From the NCBI GenBank assembly GCA_040218735.1, contig JAVJQW010000057.1, positions 192,001 through 256,000 on the forward strand: DNA of 64,000 bases, read 5' to 3'. Both the position numbers and the translations under genes were made by a program. The stretch comes from Deltaproteobacteria bacterium (lineage in GTDB: Bacteria; Myxococcota; Kuafuiibacteriia; Kuafuiibacteriales; Kuafuiibacteriaceae). The notes beneath the pieces are model-generated. The model was not told where the DNA came from and searched no databases. It saw only the letters and a program-made list of their open reading frames with translations. Shown here piece by piece: positions 56,798 through 64,000 of this stretch. The first letter of the stretch is position 1; every line of letters begins with the position of its first letter.

Positions 56798-58906
56798 ATG
56801 TTCAGCCCCAGGACACCATGGACCCTCGCCGTCGCAATCTGCGCGAGTAGCGCTGTCGCGCACGCGCAGCCCGTCGACCGAACCGCAGAGGCCGGCGCGA
56901 CCGTCACCGCGCGCGGTGACAACACGAGCGCCAACGAAGGCATCGCCCAGCTCGTCGACGACGGCCCCCAGACCAAGTGGCTCGACTTCGCGCCGACGAC
57001 GTGGGTCCAGATCGACTTCGGCGGCACGAGCGCCGGCGCGTACGCCGTCACGAGCTACGCGCTGACCTCGGCGAACGACTACCCCGAACGCGACCCGGCC
57101 GACTGGACCCTCTCGGGCTCCGACGACGGCGCGAGCTGGACCGTGCTCGACACCCGGACCGGCGAGACCTTCCCCACGCGCTTCGCGGTGAACAGCTACA
57201 CGATCGGCAACACGACGGCGTACCGCTACTACCGCCTCGACCTCACCAACGCCGCCAGCGCGCAGAACACGTGGGCGCCCACGCAGGTCGCCGAGCTCGA
57301 GCTGTTCGCCGGCGCCGCGACACCACCGCCGCCCGTCTGCGGCGACGGGACCTGCGAAGGCGCGGAGGACTCGAACACCTGCCCCGCCGACTGCGGAGCG
57401 CCGCCTCCTCCGCCCTCGCCGCCCGCTTCGGATCTCACGTCGGGAGCGTCGGTGACGGCGCGCGGTGAGTATCAGTGGGTCGGCGACGTCGCGCCCAACC
57501 TCGTCGATGACGACGCGCAGACCAAGTGGCGCGACGACGCTGCCGCGTCCTGGGTCGAGATCGATCTGTACGCCGCCTACGCGGTCGACGGCTACAGCCT
57601 CACCTCCGCCAACAACGCGTGGCGCCGCGACCCGTCGGCGTGGACGCTGTCGGGCTCCAACGACGGCGCGAGCTGGACCACGGTCGACAACCGAGCGAAC
57701 GAGTCCTTCGGCTCACGTCTCCTCACGCGCAGCTTCACCGCGAACAACACGACCGCCTACCGCTACTGGCGCTTCGACTTCACCAACAGCGGCGCGAGCG
57801 AGACGCAGCTCGCCGAGATCGAGCTGTTCGCGAGCGGCGGCGCGCCGACGCCCGTCTGCGGCGACGGAACCTGCAACGGCGCCGAGGACTCGGCGTCCTG
57901 CCCCGCCGACTGCGGCGCTCCGCCGCCCCCCGTCTGCGGCGACGGCGTCTGCAACGGCGCCGAGGACTCGGCGTCCTGCCCCGCCGACTGCGGCGCTCCG
58001 CCGCCCCCTCCGCCGCCGGCCGGCGTGCCGACGTACTCCGGCGGCACCTGCCCGACGTTGCAGCAGGGCATGAACGTGGGCTTCTACGTCGCCAACGCCA
58101 ACTCCGCGATGCCGACCGCGCCCGGCGCGTCCGTGACGTACCGCGACGTCGAGATTCGGCTCCCCGCGAACCCGAACGGCGCCCCCGTGGTGTTCACGTG
58201 GCACTGGTACGGCGGCACGAGCGACCGCGCGATCGACTGGACCGGGCTCGGCGGCACCGGCTACGCCGAGAACTTCATCGTCGTGTCGCCCGTGTCGGTC
58301 ACCGACGCGCCGCAGAACGACGTCGGCTACTTCGAGTGGTACACGGGCGCGGCCCCGAACGGGAACCCGGACCTCGAGCTCGCCGAGGACCTGCTCGCGT
58401 GCCTCTACGATCAGTTCGGGGTGGACCTCGACCGCGTCTACGCGACCGGACACAGCGCCGGCGCGATGTTCGTCAGCTACCTACTCCAGCACTGGAGTCA
58501 CCGCCTCGCCGCGGCCGCGACGATGTCCGGCGGCGAGCAGTACATCGCGAGTTATCTGCCCGCGAGTGACCGTAGCAATCCTCCGTACGCGACGCCGAGC
58601 TACGCGCTCCCCGTGCTTGCCGTCCACGGCGGCGCCGGTGACATCTTCTATTCGTCGTACCACACGGACTACAGCTTCATGGACGGCACCCAGCTGCTCG
58701 CCGACGACCTCACCACGGACGGGAGCGCGGTCGTGATCTGCGACGGTGGATTCGGCCATCAGATCCCACCGCCCCAGAACACCGTGACGGTCTCCGACTA
58801 CCTGCTGTGGCCGTTCTTCCTGGACCACCCGCGCACCGGGACACCGTACGCGTCCTCCGCCGACTTCCCCGCGTCGTTCCCCAGCGGTTGGTGCGCGATG
58901 AACTGA
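56798..58906 (+). CDS. Secreted modular hydrolase: two discoidin/F5-8C (CBM32-like) domains, Cys-rich CGDGxC repeats, C-terminal alpha/beta-hydrolase (esterase/PHB-depolymerase-like)
   Basis: Signal peptide (AHA); L.D....TKW, Y.LTSAN....RDP..W.L.GS.DG..W, YRYYR, Q.AE.EL twice; VDLDRVYATGHSAG nucleophile elbow; HGG..D; GH. Confidence 0.85.
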   Translation: MFSPRTPWTLAVAICASSAVAHAQPVDRTAEAGATVTARGDNTSANEGIAQLVDDGPQTKWLDFAPTTWVQIDFGGTSAGAYAVTSYALTSANDYPERDPADWTLSGSDDGASWTVLDTRTGETFPTRFAVNSYTIGNTTAYRYYRLDLTNAASAQNTWAPTQVAELELFAGAATPPPPVCGDGTCEGAEDSNTCPADCGAPPPPPSPPASDLTSGASVTARGEYQWVGDVAPNLVDDDAQTKWRDDAAASWVEIDLYAAYAVDGYSLTSANNAWRRDPSAWTLSGSNDGASWTTVDNRANESFGSRLLTRSFTANNTTAYRYWRFDFTNSGASETQLAEIELFASGGAPTPVCGDGTCNGAEDSASCPADCGAPPPPVCGDGVCNGAEDSASCPADCGAPPPPPPPAGVPTYSGGTCPTLQQGMNVGFYVANANSAMPTAPGASVTYRDVEIRLPANPNGAPVVFTWHWYGGTSDRAIDWTGLGGTGYAENFIVVSPVSVTDAPQNDVGYFEWYTGAAPNGNPDLELAEDLLACLYDQFGVDLDRVYATGHSAGAMFVSYLLQHWSHRLAAAATMSGGEQYIASYLPASDRSNPPYATPSYALPVLAVHGGAGDIFYSSYHTDYSFMDGTQLLADDLTTDGSAVVICDGGFGHQIPPPQNTVTVSDYLLWPFFLDHPRTGTPYASSADFPASFPSGWCAMN
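57851..58006 (+). repeat. Near-perfect 78-bp tandem duplication encoding PVCGDGxCNGAEDSASCPADCGAPPP (a third, diverged copy at about 57332-57400)
   Basis: Units start at 57851 and 57929 and are almost identical at DNA level. Confidence 0.85.
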
Positions 58907-59016
58907 CGCGAGGCAAATCGCCTCGGGCGCGGCCGCGAGTGAGACGTCTCCCCTCACCCCGCCGCGCACCGCGCGCGCCCGTCGCGCTGGTCCGAATCCT
59001 GCTCTCTGACTCGGGC

Positions 59017-59319
59017 ATGAACGAGAACAACGAGCTCCGCGGCGTCGGCCTCATCGACAGCGACGCCGGACAGGACGAACGCTCCGACGCGCAGATCAAG
59101 GACGAGATCGAACGCACCGTGCGCCAGCTGCTCCGCGTGCAGCGCGCCGACGCCGAGCAGTACCCGGTGCACGTACGTGTGAAGCACGGCAAGGTCGTGC
59201 TCACGGGCAAGCTCCCGGATCGCGGGACGCGCCGCCTCCTCGTGCAGTTCACCACCGACATCCCGTCGGTCCGCGGCGTAGATTGCTCGGCCCTGTCGCC
59301 GACGAGCCTCCTCGACTGA
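59017..59319 (+). CDS. Small BON-domain protein
   Basis: RSDAQI..EI, V.V.V..G.V.LTG, IP.VRGV. Confidence 0.7.
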   Translation: MNENNELRGVGLIDSDAGQDERSDAQIKDEIERTVRQLLRVQRADAEQYPVHVRVKHGKVVLTGKLPDRGTRRLLVQFTTDIPSVRGVDCSALSPTSLLD

Positions 59320-59320
59320 G

Positions 59321-60250
59321 GTGCCCGCGATGACGATCGAACCCATCGACAAACTCACTTTCCTTCCCCCGGAGCGCACCCGGCGCGCCGACGGCGCGCT
59401 GCGCCGCGCCGGCTTCGAGATCGAGCTGGGCGGCGCGAAGCCGGGCGCGGTCGCCCGCATCGTCGCGAGCCTCTTCGACGGCGACGCGACTCGCGTGAAC
59501 CCGCACGTCTGGCGAATCGACGGAACCCGCTTCGGCGCCTTTCGCGTCGAGCTCGACTGGCGCTTCCTCACCCAGCAGGGCTACCGGAGCTTTCTGGAGC
59601 GCGCGGGGATCGAGGTGTCCGCGTCGCTCGAAGACTTCGTCAACGACGTCGCGCACCACGTGGTGCCGTGTGAGATCGTCTGCCCGCCGATCGCCGTCGA
59701 CGCGCTCCAGAACCTGAACGCCCTGGAGGAGATGCTGCGCTGGGAGGGCGCGGAGGGGTCCGACGCCTCCGTGCTCAACGCGCTGGGCCTTCAGATCAAC
59801 ATCGAGCTCTGCGACGAATCGATCGAGTCCATCCTCGCGCACCTTCGTGCGTTCATCGATCGCTACGCGTGGCTCGAGCGGCAGATCGATCCCGGCCTGA
59901 CCCGTCGCGTGACGCGCTTCGCGGCGCCCTTCCCCGACGACTACGCGCAGCTCGTGCTCGACCCCGACTACGCGCCGAACGCGGAGCGATTCACCGACGA
60001 CTACCTGGCCCACAACCCCACGCGGAACCGAGCCCTCGACCTCCTCCCGATCCTCGCGCACCTCGACGAGGACCGCGTGCTCGCGCGCGCACGCGAGCCC
60101 GAGCTGGTGAAGCCGCGCCCCGCGCTGCACTACCGGCTCCCGAGCTGCCGCCTCGACGATCCCGACTGGTCGATCGCGCTGGAGTGGAACCGCTGGCTCG
60201 AGATCGAGCGTCGCGCCGAGCACTGGATGTCGGCGCGGGTGACGTGTTGA
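59321..60250 (+). CDS. Putative amidoligase (COOH-NH2 ligase, Amidoligase_2 family)
   Basis: R.GFEIEL.G, G.F.VELD, VP.EIV.PP, GLQIN.E, YL..NPTRNRALDLLP, RP..HYRLP. Confidence 0.8.
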   Translation: MPAMTIEPIDKLTFLPPERTRRADGALRRAGFEIELGGAKPGAVARIVASLFDGDATRVNPHVWRIDGTRFGAFRVELDWRFLTQQGYRSFLERAGIEVSASLEDFVNDVAHHVVPCEIVCPPIAVDALQNLNALEEMLRWEGAEGSDASVLNALGLQINIELCDESIESILAHLRAFIDRYAWLERQIDPGLTRRVTRFAAPFPDDYAQLVLDPDYAPNAERFTDDYLAHNPTRNRALDLLPILAHLDEDRVLARAREPELVKPRPALHYRLPSCRLDDPDWSIALEWNRWLEIERRAEHWMSARVTC

Positions 60251-61005
60251 GCCGACCGCGCGTCGGCGTCACCGGCCCGGATCGCGGCGGCCGCGCAGCG
60301 TGGTGGGCGACGCACGTCGCCCTCGCGCGCAGCGGCGCACGTGCCGTTCGCATCACGCCGAGTCGGCCCTGCGAAGACCCGTCGACGTTGAGCGCGCTCG
60401 TCGTCGGCGGCGGCGCGGACGTCGACCCGCAGCTCTACGACGCACCCGAGCTCCCGACGAACACCGCGACTCCTTCCGCGAAGGCGCGCTTCTGGGGCGG
60501 CGTCGTGCACGTGGTTCGTCGGCTCTCCATGGCGAAGCGGCGCACCGGCCTCGACCACGCGCGTGACGCGATGGAGACCGAGCTCGTGCGGCACATGCTC
60601 ACCGCTCGCAAGCCGATCCTCGGCATCTGTCGCGGCGCGCAGCTGATCAACGTCGTCCTCGGTGGCTCCCTCTTCCAGGACCTCGGTTCGTTCTACGCCG
60701 AGCGTCCGAACCCTCACACCGTGCTCCCGAAGAAACGCGTCGCGGTCGACCCCGAGAGCCGCCTGCACGCGCTCGTCGGCCGCGCGGACCTGCGCGTCAA
60801 TGCGCTCCACAAGCAGGCGATCAAGGACGTCGCACCCGCGCTCCGCCGCGTGGCCGTCGAATCGAACGGCGTCACGCAGGCGGTGGAGGCACGAGATGGT
60901 TTTGTGGTCGGCGTGCAGTGGCACCCCGAGTACATGCCGCAGAGCGCGGCGCAGCTGAGGATCTTCGGCGGGCTCGTCGCGGCGGCTCAGACGCCCTCGA
61001 GCTGA
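60244..61005 (+). CDS. Class I glutamine amidotransferase / gamma-glutamyl hydrolase (peptidase C26)
   Basis: GGGADVDP.LY, RD.ME, PILGICRGAQLINV..GGSL.Q, VNALH.QAI, GVQWHPE; overlaps the amidoligase stop. Confidence 0.88.
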   Translation: MLSRPRVGVTGPDRGGRAAWWATHVALARSGARAVRITPSRPCEDPSTLSALVVGGGADVDPQLYDAPELPTNTATPSAKARFWGGVVHVVRRLSMAKRRTGLDHARDAMETELVRHMLTARKPILGICRGAQLINVVLGGSLFQDLGSFYAERPNPHTVLPKKRVAVDPESRLHALVGRADLRVNALHKQAIKDVAPALRRVAVESNGVTQAVEARDGFVVGVQWHPEYMPQSAAQLRIFGGLVAAAQTPSS

Positions 61006-62264
61006 GGGACGTCGAGCAGGAAGTCGTGGCCGATCACGGCGTCGCCGCGTTCGTTGCGCCCCCGGAGGTGAACGCCGATGACGTCGCCGCCGTCGTCGTC
61101 GACCTCGACGGTGCCGAACTGGCCGCGCCGCGTGATGGTGCCTTCGCTGTACGGTCCCCCCTTCACCGACGTCGATCGATCCAGCGGCCCGCCGTGGAAG
61201 ACGGGGAAGCCGCCATGGGCGTTGTTGCGGCCGTTGTCGATCGCGAGCATGTGCGCGTCACCGGAGAGCATGAGCATCCGGTCGAACCCGCGCTCTGCGA
61301 ACGCGCGCCCCAGCTCGACGCGCTCGCGTTGGAAGCCACCCCACGAGTCCGTCTCCGAGCGATCGCTGATCCACGCGACCGCCGACACCCAGACTACGAG
61401 GGCGTGCGTCGCGTGGGCCTGCTCGAGCTCGTCGAGGAGCCACGTACGCTGATCGGCGCCGAGCATGGTTCCGGCGTCGCGGTTCCGTGCGGAGCGCAGG
61501 TCCGTCATCACGAACCGGATGCGTCCGAACGAGAACGCCTGGTGGATCGGTCCGGACTCCCCCGTCGGGAGCGTGTAGTGCGGCACGACCTGGCGATAGG
61601 CCTCCTGCGCCGCGGGGCGTCCGGCCGCGCTGGCGTCGGAGTTGTCCGGCCCGTAGTCGTGGTCGTCCCAGACGTACGCCGTCGGAAACTCCTGGTGAAG
61701 CGCGGCGCGGCGCGCGGCGCCGAACGCACGGTCGTACGCCGTGCGAAACGCCATCACGTCGTTCCTCGAGATGTCCTCGTAGTGAAAGTCGCCATCGAGG
61801 AGGAAGAAGTCCGGTGCGTACCGACGAATGGCGTCGAACACGACGTGGTTGCTTCCGGTGTCCGCGCAGCTCCCGAACGCGAGGCGGAGGTTCGACGGCC
61901 CGTCCGGGAACGTCGCGAAGCGTCCGATGCGCGGCCCCTCGGTGCCGTCGTTCTCGAGGCCATAGTAGTAGCGCGTCGACGGCTCGAGCCCGTCGACCGC
62001 GAACCGTAGGAGTGGTTCGTGGATGCGGGCTGGCTCGAAGACCGTAGCGTCGGTCAGGTCCGGCTCGGTGCTCACGAGGAGGTTGCGCCCCTCGGTCGCG
62101 AGCGCCTTCACGACCACGCTCGCGTCCGTCGGCGTGACCCCGCCCGACCACGCCCAGGCAGGCGCGGGGGGCGGAGGCGGCGCACACCGCGCGAGCGCGG
62201 CGGCGCCCGTCACGGCGGCGGTGCCCTCCAGGAAGGTACGTCGGTCGAATCTTCTGTTCTTCAT
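60987..62264 (-). CDS. phoD: Tat-exported PhoD-family alkaline phosphatase/phosphodiesterase
   Basis: DRRTFL twin-arginine signal; FN3-like GLEP.TRY.Y; AFGSC, GDFHY.D, WDDHDY, D.RS.R, MLG..Q..WL, LSGDAH. Confidence 0.85.
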   Translation of the reverse strand: MKNRRFDRRTFLEGTAAVTGAAALARCAPPPPPAPAWAWSGGVTPTDASVVVKALATEGRNLLVSTEPDLTDATVFEPARIHEPLLRFAVDGLEPSTRYYYGLENDGTEGPRIGRFATFPDGPSNLRLAFGSCADTGSNHVVFDAIRRYAPDFFLLDGDFHYEDISRNDVMAFRTAYDRAFGAARRAALHQEFPTAYVWDDHDYGPDNSDASAAGRPAAQEAYRQVVPHYTLPTGESGPIHQAFSFGRIRFVMTDLRSARNRDAGTMLGADQRTWLLDELEQAHATHALVVWVSAVAWISDRSETDSWGGFQRERVELGRAFAERGFDRMLMLSGDAHMLAIDNGRNNAHGGFPVFHGGPLDRSTSVKGGPYSEGTITRRGQFGTVEVDDDGGDVIGVHLRGRNERGDAVIGHDFLLDVPQLEGV

Positions 62265-63901
62265 GGTGACTCCTCGGCCCGAACGACGCCCACGATCCGG
62301 CGCCCCTCGGGGCCGCGCCCGAGGTGGACCTCGACGGGCTCCAGCTCGGCGCCGTCGCGTTCGGTGGTGATCTTCAGGATGACGTACGGGTCGACGGTCG
62401 ACAGGAAGTCGTCGACACACACGACGCCGGACGACGACGGCGCGACCGCGTAGGCGTCCAGCGGTCGTCCCTCGCTCGTGAAGGCGACGACCTCGTACGC
62501 CGTCGATTCGGGGGCGGCGAAGCCGTGTTCGATCCACGCATCGACGAAGCAGAAACGCCCGGGCTCGACGCGAAAACGATCGAGCGGCGTCACGCGCGAG
62601 AAGCCGAGCTCGAGCAGCGTCCGGCGGCGCTCGACGAGCGTCCGCACCATGTACGCCTCCGCCCTCGGGTCCGTGTACTGCGCGGCGCGTACCGCCGCTT
62701 CGATGTGCGCCGGCGTGACCTTGGCGAGCACGGACGCCGCCCAGAGCTCGTCGTACCGAGTGCGCTCACGAAAGACGGGTTGCGGATACTTCGGGACCCA
62801 CTCGTCCGGGAGGAAGACGTCGCTCTGGAAGCGCGCGATGCCGCGCATCCCGCGCACCGGCGCGATGCGTTCCCAGGGACGCGTCCACAACCCGAACGTC
62901 GGGAGCGTCGCCAGCGCGTAGCCGACATCCCAGGCCACGGCGAACCCGTCGACGGCGCGCGGGTGGAGGGTCGCGTTGACGCCGAGGGTCTTGTCGAAGT
63001 CGACGAGGTAGTGCCGAACGAAGCTCCGCCCGTCGTCGGAGACGAACACGTCGAGGCGGTTGTCCTTCTTGAAGTCGGTGTGTTCGAGCCACGCCGCGAA
63101 CATGTGCAGGCCACGCAGCTCACGCCGGTGCTGGTGCTCGATGATGTCGTTCGGGTCGTCGGCGCGGCGGCCTTCGGCGGTCCACCCGCCGATCGGCTCA
63201 CCATCCAGGAAGCGACTGAAGAGCCCGCGGATCCCCGCCTCGTCTCGGCCGACGTCCGCGAGCAGCTCGTCGAGGAGCTCGCGGTCGAGCTTCAACCGCG
63301 CGCCGTTCAGCATGAGCTCGACCTCCTCCGCGATGCGGAGCTCGTCGGGCGAGAAGTACGCGATGTGGTCCTCGGGCACGTGATAGCCGAGCGCGTAGAA
63401 GAGCCGCTGCGCCACGATGTTCGCCGCCGACTTCATCTCCGGGTGGGCGGCGTCGTCGAACTTCAGGATGAACTTCAGACCGCGCGCGTCCTCGACGATG
63501 AACCCCACCGACTTACCGCCCTGCTTCGCGGACTTCACGACGAACGGGGGCGTCGGCGCGTCGACCTCGCGCCCCGGACCCCGGAGGACCTCCTCGGGCG
63601 TCAGGAACCGGTTCTCGAACCAGCTCGAGTCCGGGACGCCGCCGATCGCGTTCACGTTCTTCGCGCGCAGCACCGGCGGCGCGGCGAGGGCGCGGTCGAT
63701 CGGCTCCGCGATGATCGAATCGAACACGTGGTGCGCGCGTTGGAAGGACGTGATCTCGGGCCGCTCCTCGACGTGAGCGCCGTCCGTCACCTTCCACACG
63801 ATGGGGCGGTCCTCGAAGCGAACGTCGGAGATCGGGCCGGTCGTCGCGCACGCGCTCACGGCGCCGGCGACGAGGACGAGGGTCGGGGTTCGAAGGTTCA
63901 T
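62261..63901 (-). CDS. Lipoprotein with atypical protein-kinase-like fold (HipA/CotH/PI3K-like motifs)
   Basis: VSAC lipobox; KQGGKSVGF (Gly loop), FILKFD (Lys), PEM..AA, AWL.HTD.K.DN (catalytic loop), YLVDFDKTLG (DFG-like). Confidence 0.65.
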   Translation of the reverse strand: MNLRTPTLVLVAGAVSACATTGPISDVRFEDRPIVWKVTDGAHVEERPEITSFQRAHHVFDSIIAEPIDRALAAPPVLRAKNVNAIGGVPDSSWFENRFLTPEEVLRGPGREVDAPTPPFVVKSAKQGGKSVGFIVEDARGLKFILKFDDAAHPEMKSAANIVAQRLFYALGYHVPEDHIAYFSPDELRIAEEVELMLNGARLKLDRELLDELLADVGRDEAGIRGLFSRFLDGEPIGGWTAEGRRADDPNDIIEHQHRRELRGLHMFAAWLEHTDFKKDNRLDVFVSDDGRSFVRHYLVDFDKTLGVNATLHPRAVDGFAVAWDVGYALATLPTFGLWTRPWERIAPVRGMRGIARFQSDVFLPDEWVPKYPQPVFRERTRYDELWAASVLAKVTPAHIEAAVRAAQYTDPRAEAYMVRTLVERRRTLLELGFSRVTPLDRFRVEPGRFCFVDAWIEHGFAAPESTAYEVVAFTSEGRPLDAYAVAPSSSGVVCVDDFLSTVDPYVILKITTERDGAELEPVEVHLGRGPEGRRIVGVVRAEESP

Positions 63902-64000
63902 CGTTCACTCCTCGGGGGACGTTCGAAGTCGGGGCTCAGCACGAAGTTGAAGACGACGTCGCCGTCCTTCGAGCCGCCCGCCTGGATGCGCGCGACGACG
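63898..64000 (-). CDS. C-terminal end of the upstream gene (probably an outer-membrane beta-barrel, BamA/TamA-like); partial
   Basis: ...VVARIQAGGSKDGDVVFNFVLSPDFERPPRSER*; the TGA overlaps the ATG of the kinase-like gene (ATGA). Confidence 0.45.
   Translation of the reverse strand, partial: VVARIQAGGSKDGDVVFNFVLSPDFERPPRSER

Noticed and set aside
53170-58006. Tandem repeats (53174-53203, 57851-58006) as a possible CRISPR array
   Set aside because: There are no unique spacers and no cas genes; one repeat is short and intergenic, the other is in-frame coding.

Overview
A 64-kb, very GC-rich (about 70%), densely coding bacterial chromosomal window. It most resembles a Myxococcota/deltaproteobacterial genome, judging by the many lipoproteins, the CGDGxC Cys-rich repeats and the AgmX-type and TPR proteins. 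Housekeeping genes (valS, hisS, argS, greB, recQ, ruvX, mrp/apbC, a PiT transporter) are interspersed with many accessory genes. I saw no rRNA, tRNA, CRISPR array, integrase or transposase. Main points: (1) The motif CGCAAC-N14-WCCGATAA, resembling a sigma-28/FliA promoter, occurs with the same spacing about 15 nt before two unrelated genes. One is a SycD/LcrH-like TPR protein translationally coupled to an RNase II/R-family nuclease with a disordered N-terminal extension, a candidate chaperone plus ribonuclease effector module. (2) A stand-alone TubZ/CetZ-like tubulin GTPase carries a disordered linker and a C-terminal HEAT-like domain. (3) A chemosensory-like cassette lacks CheW, CheR and CheB: porin, small periplasmic binding protein, membrane CHASE8-HAMP-PAS-Hpt-CheA kinase, MCP/CheZ-like hybrid, CheY and a divergent CheX. 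(4) An exported kinase-fold lipoprotein is coupled to a Tat-exported PhoD phosphatase. (5) An amidase is frameshifted and internally deleted, with a 16-bp inverted repeat at the breakpoint. (6) A 57-aa small protein follows a sigma-54 promoter. All calls are motif-based by eye; no database searches were run.
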